A stretch of 64,000 bases of DNA from Scyliorhinus canicula. Lineage: Eukaryota. Below the pieces are notes generated by a model, which was not told the origin of the DNA, did no database searches, and worked only from the letters and a program-made list of their open reading frames with translations. The stretch spans positions 48,025,810 to 48,089,809 of the forward strand of contig NC_052152.1 in the NCBI RefSeq assembly GCF_902713615.1. The letters run 5' to 3'. This document shows, one piece after another, positions 1-12,301 of this stretch (position 1 is its first letter; each line of letters begins with the position of its first letter). The position numbers and the translations under genes were made by a program.

Positions 1-479
1 CGCGATCAAGCAGCCACACTGCACCAGAAAAGCAGATCGCTGCAGCGCAGCGTGCCCGTTGAAAGCCAGAGGACCTCGTTCCCGGGATCTACCCGGCTCG
101 CAATGCCTCGTGAGACATTGCGATGTGAATCCCGTAAACAATGGGTAGGATCACTTTTTAGCAAATCTGCTATATTAGAGCGAGGCAGCAAGGCTAAAGG
201 CTATGTAATTATTGCACAAAGCATTCGGAAGAAGGTGAGTCCCGAAGGCCGGCAGTTGTCAAAAGTGAGTGTCGGAAAAAAAGGTTGAACAACACTACCA
301 TAGAGCAAGCAGACACTAAATGTAGGATAGCTCTCAGCACAAAACAAGGAGTCAATTCGAGTGTGACACTAGTGTGAGGGGCAGATATGAAAAGTAAAAT
401 CTCTATCTGGAGAATGCAAAGTCTTCCACAGGTCCAGGTATCCCACTTACTGACACCAAAGTCAATCCTCTGGGCTGCA

Positions 480-790
480 GGGTGCGGCACTGTAGCACAG
501 TGGGTAGCACTGTTGCTTCACAGTGCTAGGGGCCGAAGTTCAATTCACGGCTTGGGTCACTTTGAGGAGTCTGCATGTTCTCCCTGTGTCTGCGTGCGTT
601 TCCTCCCGGTGCTCCGGTTTCCTCCCACAAGCCCCGAAAGACATGTTATTAGGTGAATTGGACATTCTGAATTCTCCCTCAGTGTACCCGAACAGGCGCC
701 GGAGTGTGGCAACTAGGGGATTTTCACAGTAACTTCATTGCGGTGTTAATGTAAGCCTACTTGTGACACTAATAAAGATTATAAAAAAGA
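480..790 (+). mobile_element. tRNA-derived SINE (V-SINE/HE1-like head) with alternative, L2-type tail
   Basis: A/B-box head (tagcacagtgg...gttcaattc), central core GTCTGCATGTTCTCCCTGTGTCTGCGTG, tail GTACCCGAACAGGCGCC...GTAAGCCTACTTGTGACACTAATAAAGATT shared with the copies at 27508, 36500, 46020 and 47975. Confidence 0.85.
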
Positions 791-1455
791 TTAACACTGC
801 TTAAGTCCAAACTCATTTCAGTCCCAGTCCTACAGCTTTAGGAGGCAAAATTTTTGATATTCAGCATTCTTTCCTCCATTTCATCAATCCGCTTATTAGT
901 ATGCCGCATGAGCACTCAAGTGGCAGCAAGCTGAGTCCTGATCTAATACTCGGATAACGTTTGCAGCCACCATTTTCAGCGCCTCAGTGAGCACCGGGGT
1001 TGAGAGGCCATTCGAGGATCAAATCACCATATTGAAAAGGCAGCTCCACCCCTACCCCCTGAATCCGACTACGCACTTTTATCGCAGGATTCCTTTGTGT
1101 TCTTTGGTATTTTCTCTCCAACACTTAGCCGAAAGTCTTCCAGGGACATACTACTAAGTATTAAATCTAAGATTAGATAAGCATGTGCCGGACAAACAGG
1201 ATTAAAGATGAATTATAAAGTGAGTAATACCAGAGCCTGCAGGAAAGCTGCCATTCCCACGCCCACATCACATGGTCCCATCAAATCATTGTAATGAAAT
1301 AGAAATCCCCATAAATATCTATTGACCATGATATCCCAGCATATCGCGATGGGATAAAGTTACATAATAATTGAAGCCCGTTTGAATTATATTACAAATG
1401 GATCAATATGAATTCATAAATTTCAACATGAAAAATGCTTGCCTGAAAGGAATAT

Positions 1456-4400
1456 TTGAGAGCAGGTCAGCTCCGGAGGGAAGCAGCGGTAAGGGAAATT
1501 GTGCAGGTGAGGGACAGGGCAGGGAAGTTGGTGGTGGCTCCGGATCTGATTAACAAGGTTTTTGAGGAATTCTATGAGAGGTTGTACAGGTCAGAGCCAC
1601 CTGGGGGAGACTGTGAGATGCAGGAATTTCAGGATGGGTTGGAATACCCGAGGTTAGGGGAGGGTGGCAGGGCTACATTAGAAGGAGCGATAGTGGAGCA
1701 GGAGATAAAGGATGCGATTGGGAGGATGCAGTCAGGGAAGGTGGCAGGACCGGATGGGTTTCCGGTGGAATATTATAATAAATTCAAGGATAAGCTGGCA
1801 CACCTGATAGTGGGGATGTTTGAAGAGGTGATAGGGAAGGGGGTGTTGCCACAAACCTTGGGGCAGGCATCGATTTCCCTGTTGCTAAAAAAAATAAGGA
1901 TCCGACAGAGTGTGGGTTGTATAGGCCCATATCACTTCTGAATGTGGACGCAAAAGTATTGGCGAAGGTACTGGCAGGTAGGCTGGAGGAGTGCCTCCCA
2001 AAGGTGATAGGTGAAGATCAGACGGGGTTCGTGAGAGGGAGGCAGCTCTTTTCAAATGTTAGAAGGGTATTAAACGTCGTTATGGCGCCGGCAGAGGGGA
2101 AGGAAACAGGCGGTTGTGGCATTGGGCACTGAGACGGCGTTTGACCGGGTAGAATGGGGGTACTTGATGTCAGTTCTGGAGCAGTTTGGGGTTGGACCAA
2201 GATTTGTGAACTGGGTAAAGCTACTATATCAGTAGCCGACGGCACAAACAAGATCAGCTCAAGATACTTTTCTCTCCACGGTGGGACCAGGCAGGGATGT
2301 CCTATGTCCCCCCTGCTGTTTGCACTCGCGATTGAGCCATTAGCCATCACATTAAGAAGTTTGGCGGTATGGAAAGGAATAGTGCGGGGGGGGGGGGGGG
2401 GGGGGGGGGTGGAATAGAGCAGAGGGTGTTCCTATACGCCGATGACTTGCTGTTATACGTGTCGGAACTGAGTGTTTCGATAGGGTGAATATTGGTGCTG
2501 CTTCGAGTGTTTGGGTCTTTCTCGGGGTACAAATTAAATCTAGACAAGAGTGAGTATTTTGTCTCGGCCGGGGGTGGGGGCAGGGGGGGGGGGGGGGTGC
2601 CATTCCGTAGGGCGGGTCTCACTTTAGGTACCTGGGATTGCAGGTTGCCCGGGAGTGGGGGGGAACGCAGGTACAATATTTCTAGTTTGGTGGGGAGAGT
2701 GAAAGCTGATCTGGCAAGGTGGCATGGTCTCCCTCTGTCACTGGCAGGTCAGGTACAGGTGGTTAAAATTAACGTGTTGCCGCATTTCTGTTTATTTTTC
2801 AATGCCTGCAGATTTTCCTGCCAAAGGCTTTTTTCAGAGAGATTGAGGGAAGGAGTACTTTGTTCATTTGGGGAGGGAAGGTGGCCAGAGTTAAAAAGGT
2901 GCTGCTACAGAGGGGAAGGCAGGCAGGGGGTTTGGGTCGTCCAATCCTGATATATTACTACTGGGCGGCGAATGTGGAGAAGGTGCGGAGCTGGGTCAGA
3001 GGGGTTGATTCTCAATGGGTCAAAATGGAGGAGAGTTTGTGTAGGGGGTCGGGATTGAAGGCACTAGCAACAGCGCCGCTTGCTCCTGATAGCCACAGGG
3101 AAATACTCAGGGAGTCCGGTAATAATAGCTTCATTGAGAATTTGGAGGCAGTTTCACCAACACTTCGGGTTGGGGGCAGGGTCAAGGGAAATGCCGATTT
3201 GGGGGAACCACAGATTTGAGCCAGGGAGGTGGGATTGAAATTTTCGGAAACGGGAGGAGCAGGGAATTAAGACACTAAAAGATTGTTTCTTAGGGGTTGG
3301 TTTGCAGGATTGAAGGAGCTGGAAGTGAAGTATGGGCTGGAGCAGGGGTAAAGGTTTAGATACAAGCAGGTTCGAGACGTTGCCAGAAAGGAGATACAGA
3401 GCTTCCCAGTGGAGTCGGTCTCCACATTGCTGGAGGAGGTGCTGACGACAGGGGGGCTGGAGAAGGGGGTAGTGTCAGCGGTTTACGGAGCTATTTTGGA
3501 AGAGGAGAAGGCACCACTGGAAGGGATCAAAGCAAAGTGGGACGAAGAGTTGGGAGAGGATATGGAGGATGGGTTCTGGTGTGAGGTGCTCCGGAGAGTG
3601 AATGCCTCCAACTCGTGCATGTGAAACTGGACCCGGGCGGCCATATTTGGGGTGTCGGACCAGCCGGGGTTGGAAATGGGTACAGAAGCAGATGTTGTAG
3701 CCTTCGCCTCGTTGATCACCCAAAGGCAGATCCTGATAAGTTGGAGAGCAACCTCTCCACCCTGTGCCCTGGCGTGTTGGGGGTCCTGTTGGATTTCATG
3801 ACTCTTGAGAAGGTTAAGTTTGAACTGAGGGGAAGGATGGAGGGGTTCTACAATTCATGGGCATTATTCATTATGCACTTTAAAGAACTGGATAACTGTG
3901 GTGAATCACAGTAGCGTAATTCACACTGTACTACTATGTCTCTGTAAGCTCGGCACACGAGCAGTTGCGCTGCTCTGCCACTAGGGGGAGATGCACTGGG
4001 AGTGTACGGGAGTTTGTACTGGGCTCCACCCTTGGCTCCACCCACAGCTCCTCCCCCTAACTGGAAGTATAAAGGTTGATGCTGAGAGCCTGCCTGCAGT
4101 TCATCTGGAGTTCATCGTGTCACAGGCAGGCCCTGTTGTAAGACGATTAAAACGACTGTTCACTTCTAACCACGTGTCGCGTGAATTGATGGTCTCATCA
4201 ATAACATCGAACATTAGTTGGGGCATGTGGTAGGGAGGGTTGGGGGGAGGGGGGCTGTGTATGTTAATGGCGACTATGGGTGATCCCTAATTCCTTTTTG
4301 TCATTTGTTTGTGTGAACATGCGGGCTAATGTTTGGGGTTTGGTGGGAGGATGGGATCATTGTTATTGATATGGGGATTGCCATGTTTGTTACTGATTAT

Positions 4401-4468
4401 TGTTTATTGTTGGTGGGTGTAAATTTGGGAGAAAAGGATTTTTAAAAATAAAAACATTTTTAAAAAAG
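1456..4468 (+). mobile_element. 5'-truncated, decayed L1-clade LINE (ORF2 RT to 3' UTR), interrupted by a solo LTR
   Basis: Frameshifted ORF2 motifs GPDGFPVEYY, YRPISLLNVDAK, QTGFV, GTRQGCPMSPLLF, YADD, GYKLN; A-rich 3' end near 4445-4468. Confidence 0.92.
3897..4200 (+). mobile_element. Solo LTR (304 bp) inserted in the L1 ORF2 C-terminus
   Basis: TG...CA ends, 5-bp TSD ATAAC (3892-3896 / 4201-4205), TATAAA and ATTAAA inside; removing it restores KELDNIEH*. Confidence 0.9.
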
Positions 4469-5290
4469 GAATATTTTTTAATGTTCTGTGCTGTACTGTT
4501 CTGTGTACATGAGGAGTTTGGGTTATTTGTAACTCTCCTGGGAAGCTTAGGAAATCAACAGGAACCTGAACTGTTTTTCTTTTATGTGGGAAAGGTCAGA
4601 GGTGGGAGAAAAGAAAACAAACGTCAGAGAAAAGACTAATTGGAGAATTTATGTGTGGGAATGGTTACAATAAATCATTTTATATACTTCAGCATAAATG
4701 AACATGCTTGGGTGTTCTAAATCCTCAAATATAAAATAATTAGAAATAAGAACACAAAATTGTGGAAATATACAGAGGCCAGACGACATCTGTAAAGCAA
4801 GGCACCTGGTTGTAATGTTTTGGATATGCACCCTCCATCTTCAAACCAACGCAATTTTGTTTTATCCATTTTATATGCATAGAGAGTTATTTTGCAAGCA
4901 GAGATATCTGCAACTCAGAATCCTTTGCCAGTATTCCTTTGGAGCTGACCATGCCATCCAGGGGCTGAGTGTTACGTCACTTGAATCTTTTACATCATTT
5001 TCTGTCCTCCGGAGAAGAAATAATGTAGATGAAGAAAAGACTGCCAATAATCGCAGTTTTACTAAAATGAATCTTCTCAACAGTTTGAAGCAGTTTTGTC
5101 GAGAAAATAAATGAGTAGCTAAAATGAACAGCAGATTAATTAGACAAGCACAATTCGTCAAAAGTTGTGAATTCAGCATTGAGTAGCTGCCCAACATGTG
5201 ACATTTGTGGTGTTGTTTAGTCAGATCGATCAGCCGGACATAATATTTAGTCACTTCATAAACATTTTTAAAAAATTAACGAATGAATAC

Positions 5291-7286
5291 TGTAATGAAC
5301 TCCAATTGGCTTTATTGGTTGGCCAATTGGAGTATGAGCTCCCTCAATGATAGCTCATTGAGGGGGCCCATATAAGCACCTGCGTAAGCTTTGTGAGCCA
5401 GTCTTAAGTTGACTGGACTGCTAGCAGCACTGTTTGTAGCTGCTCCTGTAATATCGTTATTGTAAATAAATATTGGTATGGTGACGGAACTCCTGCCTCC
5501 CGTGGATTACTACAGTGGCGACGAGGTAAACTAAGAATTTTGCGGAGACCAGCTGCCGCATTCGGAGGGTAAGCCGTGCCATTTTAAAAATGCCGTTTTT
5601 TGGGAAGTTAGAGGCATTCGACCCGGCTATTGAGGACTGGTCCCAGTATGTGGAGAGAATGTGTTACTTCTTCCGGGCAAATGATATACTGATTGACGAA
5701 AGGAGACGGCTTATCCTGCTGTCGGCGAGCGGTCCCTCAGCTTTCGCCATTATACGTAGTCTGACTTATCCCGATGCGCCGGACACGAAAACTTTCCAAG
5801 AAGTAACGGAATTAGTGAAAGAGCACTACTACCCAAAACCACCCCTCATTTTGCGTAGGTACAGATTCTACACAGCGAAGCGGGAAGACAGGGAGTCAGT
5901 CACGAACTTCTTGACCCGCCTGAGAAGGCTGGCGGAAAAATGTGAGTTCGGCCCGACGCTAAATGAAATGCTTCGGGACTGGTTAGTATGTGGTATAAAC
6001 GACCTCACAATACAGAAACACCTGTTGGCGGAAACGGAGCTAGACTGCAGGCAGGCGTTACAGCTCGCACTGTCCCTAGAAAAGGCAGCAAGTGAGGCGC
6101 AGGAACTACAGGGCATGCCAATGGAGGTAGATACCTGTGAGAGGGACTACCACAACAGGTCCTGCTACCAGATAGCCGCTCTCAGGAAAAGCCTGAGGAA
6201 TAGAGGGAAAAAGGAAAACCCCAGAACTTCCCCCAAGTCTGCCAGGACTAACTGGAGACAGAGGGAAGTATCGGCTGAGGCTCCCCCAGCAGAGAAGGAC
6301 CGTTTCTGGCACCAGACAGAGTGGGGTAACAGCGACAGAAACCCTAGAAGGAGGTGGCAAAAGAGGAATAGCAGGTGGGGATGCAGGGAAGTACACAACC
6401 TAGATGCCCCATCCTCCTCCGAAGGGGAACAATTATATAATATTGCAACGAAGAAAGCAGAACCCATTAAGATTACCCCACGGGTGAACAGGCGGCCGAC
6501 AATAATGGAAATAGACACGGGTGCGGCCTATTCAGTAATGGGAGTGGCACATTTAGAAAAATCAAAGATGGACTCCAGCCACTAACCCTAACAAAAACAT
6601 CGACGAAACTTAAAAACTACACGGGGGAGCCCCTGGAAGTTCTAGGCACGACTCATGTACTGTGGAATATGAGAAACAATTGCTCAGATTGCCGTTGATG
6701 ATAGTAGAGGACTCCGGACCGAGCTTAATTGGACGAAACTGGCTGAAAGACCTAAAATTAGATTGGATGAAAATTTTCCAGAGTGGAAGCGAGCAATTTC
6801 TCCAGACCCCGTCATCCAGTCGTCAGAGTCGGAGATGGACACGTTTGACGAGGCCGCTGCGACACCTCTCCCCGAGGAGGAGGAAGAACAACTTCCAAGG
6901 AGGTCGCCAAGGAAAAGACGGGCACCTATAAGGTACACCCCGCCCACTTCGGAGAACGACCCGGCGGACGACACAGAGGTGACAGACCCAGATATGAGGA
7001 GCAGGAAGAAGCTCAGAGGAATGCCAGCTGGCAGGAATTCCTTGGACCTTGGGGGGGAGGGATGTAATGAACTCCAATTGGCTTTATTGGTTGGCGAATT
7101 GGAGTATGAGCTCCCTCAATGATAGCTCATTGAGGGGGCCCATATAAGCACCTGTGTAGGCTTTGTGAGCCAGTCTTAAGTTGACTGGACTGCTAGCAGC
7201 ACTGTTTGTAGCTGCTCATGTAATATCGTTATTGTAAATAAATATTGGTGTGGTGACGGAACTCCTGCCTCCCGTGGATTACTACA
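5291..7286 (+). mobile_element. Non-autonomous Ty3/Gypsy (Mag-like) LTR element carrying Gag and protease only
   Basis: 224-bp LTRs at 5291-5514 and 7063-7286 with 5 mismatches; TSD AATAC; PBS TGGCGACGAGG at 5516; PPT GGGGGGGAGGGA at 7051-7062. Confidence 0.95.
5590..6585 (+). CDS. Gag plus aspartic protease N-half of the Mag-like element (frameshifted into 6662-6790)
   Basis: Mag-type Gag (GKLEAFDP..EDWSQYVER..YFFRAN; RRYRFYT..R...ESV..F..RLR.LA..CEFG); protease MEIDTGA; SLIGRNWL in the next frame. Confidence 0.85.
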   Translation: MPFFGKLEAFDPAIEDWSQYVERMCYFFRANDILIDERRRLILLSASGPSAFAIIRSLTYPDAPDTKTFQEVTELVKEHYYPKPPLILRRYRFYTAKREDRESVTNFLTRLRRLAEKCEFGPTLNEMLRDWLVCGINDLTIQKHLLAETELDCRQALQLALSLEKAASEAQELQGMPMEVDTCERDYHNRSCYQIAALRKSLRNRGKKENPRTSPKSARTNWRQREVSAEAPPAEKDRFWHQTEWGNSDRNPRRRWQKRNSRWGCREVHNLDAPSSSEGEQLYNIATKKAEPIKITPRVNRRPTIMEIDTGAAYSVMGVAHLEKSKMDSSH

Positions 7287-7399
7287 AATACCCAAACTTT
7301 TACCAATTTGGGTTATTTTGAATTATATTTTCCTGTTACCAGCTCCCAATATTTCTGTAGATTTTTCTCCTGCAGAACAGGAGGAGACCATTAGCTCAG

Positions 7400-9000
7400 A
7401 AACAGACATCCATTAACGAGCTGCAGATTAGTCCCACTCCCCTGCCCTTTACTCAGTCCTGCAAACTCTTCCAGTTCAAGTACTTACCCAATTCCATTTT
7501 GAAAGTTACTATTGAATCTGCTTCCACCACCCTCTCAGACATTCCAGGCCACCACAACTTGCTGCATGAGACAAAGTCCCCCTGATCTCGCCTCTGGTTC
7601 TTATACCAGTTACCTTAAATCTGCGTTTTCTAGTTACTGATATAGTAAACATTTTCTCCTTATTTACTCTATCAAAACCCTTCATGATTTTGAATACGTT
7701 TATTAAACCTCAAGACCTTTGTTATATTACTTGTTTGTAATATGTCGTTATTCTTTGCTTTACACTTCCAGAATGGTCTGATTGTTCGATTCAAAAGAAA
7801 CTACCAATCTTCAACTTAAAGCAAATAGGTTTAATTGAATAACGAATTAAACAATGTTGAGATGAGTTTGTTCACTATAACTGATGATAAAGTAATTCAG
7901 AATACGTATTAACTATATTTGACTACACGTGTTAACCCGGCTATATCTCTCTAACCCTCTGCCTTATGCCTGTCCATTTCACAAGTCTTATATCCTCCTG
8001 AGGTTTGTTGCTGTCCTCCTCACCATTTGCTCTGTTTAATCAGGGTGGCACGGTGGCACAGTGTGCCGGCGACCCGGGTTCAATTCCGGCCTTGGGTCAC
8101 TGTCTGTGTGCGTTCTCCTTGTTTCTGTGTGGGTTTCCTCCGGGTGCTCTGGTTTCCTCCCACGCTTCAAAGATGTGTGTGTTAGGTGGATTGGCCATGC
8201 TAAATTGCCCTTCCGTATCCAGGGATGTGCAGGTTAAAGTACGGGGATAAAGGGGAGTGAACTTGGGTAGATTACTCATTCGAAGGATCGGTGCAAACTC
8301 AATGGGCTGAATGTCCTCCTTCTGCATTGTCGGGATTCTATTACTCTAGGATTCTAAGTCATCTGCTAACTTTGAAATTATGCCCTGCATACCCAATTCC
8401 TGGTCATTAAGATGTATCAAAAAGAGCAGTGGTCCTAACACTGACCTCTGGTGTACACTACAGTGTACTCCCTTCCAAACAGACATTCACCAATATGTTC
8501 TGTCCCTGAACTAATTTTGTATCCATGTGGCCATTGCTCCTTTAGTTTTGGGCTTTAATTTTGCGAACAAACCTATTACATTTTTTTGTAAGTTCATATA
8601 CAAGACATTAACTGAACTACGCTATTTGACTCTCCCCATTCCTTCATCACAGGACTCAATGAAGTTAGTAAAATATCCTTTGCCTTTAATAAATCCATGC
8701 TAGCTTCCAATTATTCATCCATATTTTTCCAAGTGACAATTTATTTTGTATTAGATTATTGTCTCCGACAGTTTCTTCGCTAATGGTGAATGGTCTGTAG
8801 TTGCCAGGTTTCAAACTCTGCTTTGTTTATACCTGGGTGTAACATTTACAGTTCCCCAGTCTTCCGGCACAACACCAATATACAAGGAGGATTGGAGATT
8901 GTAGCAAGAACCTATATGCTATTTCACCCGACTTCCCTCAGCAACCTAAGACATCTCCCGCCAGGGCAGAGTATCTTATCTATTTTTTTCGACTTTGCTG
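7400..9000 (-). mobile_element. Decayed CR1-clade LINE fragments
   Basis: Reverse complement of 8360-8460 resembles GVPQGSVLGPLLFLI.INDL...ISKFADD; a CR1 3' end lies at 7400-7700. Confidence 0.7.
8043..8355 (+). mobile_element. tRNA-derived SINE with CR1-type tail (HE1-like)
   Basis: Head GGGTGGCACGGTGGCACAGTG, GGTTCAATTCC, core GGTGGATTGGCCATGCTAAATTGCCC, tail GGGCTGAATGTCCTCCTTCTGCA. Confidence 0.85.
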
Positions 9001-9516
9001 CCAACCCTCTCTGCTTTATCTATTTTTATTCTATCTAATTTCCCTAAAACCTCCTCCTTTGCGGGTTTATTGGTTTGGATTCTCCGTTCTCTGTCACTGC
9101 GATTGGGAATACCGATCATGCGGAGAACGGAGCACTGGCCAAAAACAGGATTGGCGGCGGGTGGCAGACCCGTTCCCATTCTCCACCTGCCCTGCACCGG
9201 CGCAAACATGCAAACCACTAATTTGGATACTTTTAAATGTGATTAACGGGCTGGAAGACCAATTCTCCACCCCCATTCCCATGTTATGTTTCATCCGTCC
9301 CAGACGGGAGTCCTGCGGGTGCGATTTGGTGCGAGTATTTACATGCCATGGCTTGTGAAGGTGGCAAGCAGGTGAGAAAACTTTTTACAGTAATTGGGCT
9401 TGCTAGGGGGAGCTCTGGGACCAGTGGGGACCGACTAGGTGCCAAGTGTGTGGACTCGGGGTGACCCCTCGGAATCAAAGTGCCCTGGCAGAATCTCCCA
9501 TAACTGCTCTAAAAGC

Positions 9517-11386
9517 GGAGATTCTTGCTGAGTTCGGGAGTTTCTCGGGATATAAATTGAACCTGGGCAAGAGTGAGCTGTTTGTTGTACACCCGGGAGA
9601 TCAGGAGGAGGGGATTGGTAGGCTCCCGCTAAAGAGGGCAGTGAGGAGTTTTAGGTACCTGGGGGTTCAGGTGGCTAGGAGCTGGGGGACTCTGCACAAG
9701 CTTAATTTTACTAGGTTGGTGGAGCAGATGGAGGAGGAATTTAAAAGGTGGGACATGCTGCCGCTGTCGTTGGCGGGTAGAGTACAGTCCGTTAAAATGA
9801 CGGTGCTCCCGAGGTTTTTGTTTTTGTTTCAGTGCCTCCCGATTTTCATTCCGAGGGCCTTTTTTAGGAGGGTGAACAGCAGCATTCTGGGATTTGTTTG
9901 GGCGCATGGGACTCCGAGGGTACGGAGGGTCTTTTTGGAGCGGGGCAGGGATAGAGAGGGGCTGGCGCTGCCCAACCTCTCTGGGTACTATTGGGTGACT
10001 AACGTCTCGATGGTACGTAAGTGGGTAATGGATGGGGAGGGGGCAGCATGGAAACGAATGGAGATGGCGTCCTGTGGAGGCACAAGCCTGAATGCACTGG
10101 TAACGGTGCCGTTGCTGCTCCCTTCAACGAGGTACACTATGAGCCCGGTGATGGCGGCTACCCTCAAAATTTGGGGGCAGTGGAGGCGACACAGGGGGGA
10201 AGTGGGGGTCTCGGTGGAGGCCCCGCTGCGGGGAACCACCGGTTTATCCCAGGGAACATTGATGGCGGGTTCTGGGGTTGCACAGGGTGGGCATTAGGAA
10301 GTTGGGAGACCTGTTCATTGACGGGAGGTTTGCGAGCCTGGGTGAACTGGAGGAGAAGTTTGAGCTCACCCCAGGGAATATGTTCAGGTACCTTCAGGTC
10401 AAGGCGTTTGCTAGGCGGCAGGTGGAGGGGTTCCCTTCGCTGCCCCCGCGGGGGGTAAGGGATAGGGTGCTTTCGGGGGTGTGGGTCGGGGATGGGAAGG
10501 TGTCTGACATCTACCAGGTGATGCAGGAGGTGGAGGAGGCGTCGGTAGAGGAGCTGAAGGCTAAGTGGGAGGTGGAGTTGGGGGAGCAGATTGAGGAGGG
10601 GACATGGGCGGATGCCCTGGAGAGGGTGAACTCCTCCCTCTTCATGTGCGAGGCTTAGCCTAATCCAGTTCAAGGTACTGCACAGGGCTCATATGTCCGG
10701 GACGAGGATGAGCAAGTTTTTTGGGGGTGAGGACAGGTGCATTAGGTGTTCGGGGAGCCCAGCGAACCATGCCCATATGTTTTGGGCATGCCCGGCACTG
10801 GGGGAATTCTGGCGGGGGTGGCGAGGACAGTGTCGAGGGTGGTAGGGTCCAGGGTCAAGCCAGGCTGGGGACTCGCGATATTTGGGGTTGGGGTGGAGCC
10901 GGGAGTGCAGAAGGTGAAAGAGGCCAATGTTTTGGTCTTTGCGTCCCTAGTAGCCCGGCGGAGGATCTTGCTGCAGTGGAAAGATGCGAGACCTCCGAGC
11001 GTGGAGACCTGGATCAATGACATGGCGGGATTCATTCAGCTGGAGAGGATCAAATTCGCCCTGAGGGGGTCGGTACAAGGGTTCTTTAGGAGGTGGCAGC
11101 CTTTCCTCGACTTTCTGGCTCAACGATAAGGAACTAGATCAGCAGCAGCAGCAACCCGGGGGGGAGGGGGGAAATTGTGGGGGGGGGGGGTCTCAGGGGG
11201 GTATTGTTTAAGTTAATTTGCTTATTGTTAATTTATTTTGTTGTTTATTGGGTTGGGGGGGGGGTGGGGGGTTTGTTACATGCGTTGTTACGGGTGCCGG
11301 GGGGTGTTTATTATTGTTATTATTATTATTGTTCTGTTGATATATATTTTTCAAAAAAATTCCAATAAAAATTATTTTTTTTTAAA
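9517..11386 (+). mobile_element. 5'-truncated L1-clade LINE, same family as the full-length copy at 50506
   Basis: ORF2 C-half closely matches the 54460-56077 translation (with frameshifts); AATAAA and tail; 15-bp TSD AACTGCTCTAAAAGC (9502-9516 / 11387-11401). Confidence 0.95.
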
Positions 11387-11516
11387 AACTGCTCTAAAAG
11401 CATTGAAACCTATCCCATAGGTATAACTTACAGGCTCCTGACAGTTAAGACTATTGACTGCTGTCGTACCCTGGAAATACTTTGAGGTCTGCTGATCGTG
11501 TGAAAACCCATCCAGA

Positions 11517-11937
11517 GGTGCACGGTGGTGCAATGGTTAGCACTGCTGCCTCACGGCAATGAGAACCCGGGTTTGATCCTGGTCCCGGATCACTGTCCAT
11601 GTGGAGTTTGTACATTCTCCCCGTGTCGGCGTAGGTTTCACCCCACAACCCAAAGATGTGCAGCGCAGGTGGATTGGCCATGCTAAATTGCCCCATAGTT
11701 GCAAAGAAAATAATTGGGCGCTCTAAATTTATTGCTAAGGGAAATTTAGCATGGCCAATCCATCTAACCTGCACATCTTTGGACTGTGGGAGGAAACTGG
11801 AGCACCTGGAGGAAGCCCACGCACATACGGAGAGAACGTGCAGACTCCGCACAGACAGTGACCCAAGCCGCGAATCGAACTTGGGACCCTGGAGCTGTGA
11901 AGCAATTGTGCTATCCACAATGCTACCGTGCTGCCCG
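11517..11937. mobile_element. Two SINEs fused tail-to-tail (+ 11517-11733, - ~11727-11937)
   Basis: SINE core GGATTGGCCATGCTAAATT on +, followed by its reverse complement AATTTAGCATGGCCAATCC. Confidence 0.85.
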
Positions 11938-12096
11938 GTTGTCAAGGTTGAGTTAAGTTGAGCAAACTGCAGAGTTACAATTCCATGTGGTGTGAAGACG
12001 TTTTCCAGCTCTCATTGGCTGCTCTTGACTGGAAAGGATTAAATTGAATAGGGGCACTGTCAACAACTTAGTTGATTCAAAATCAGACTTACTACT

Positions 12097-12301
12097 ATTT
12101 TTAAAAAATTTAGAGTACCTAATTTTCTTTTAACAATTTAGGGGCAATTTAGCTTGGCCAATCCACCTAACCAGCACATCTTTGGATTGTGGGGATGAAG
12201 TGTGCAAACTCCACACGGACAGTGACCCAGAGCCGGGATTTAAACCCGGGTCCTCAGCGCCGTAGTCCCAGTGCTAACCACTGTACCACCGTGCTGCCCT
12301 T
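12097..12301 (-). mobile_element. Short A-tailed SINE
   Basis: Reverse-complement SINE head/core; flanks AGACTTACTACTA / AGACTTATTACCA look like a TSD. Confidence 0.85.

Noticed and set aside
800-1280. Possible minus-strand L1 5'/ORF1 remnant (KRIDEMEERML)
   Set aside because: Too degraded to bound or classify
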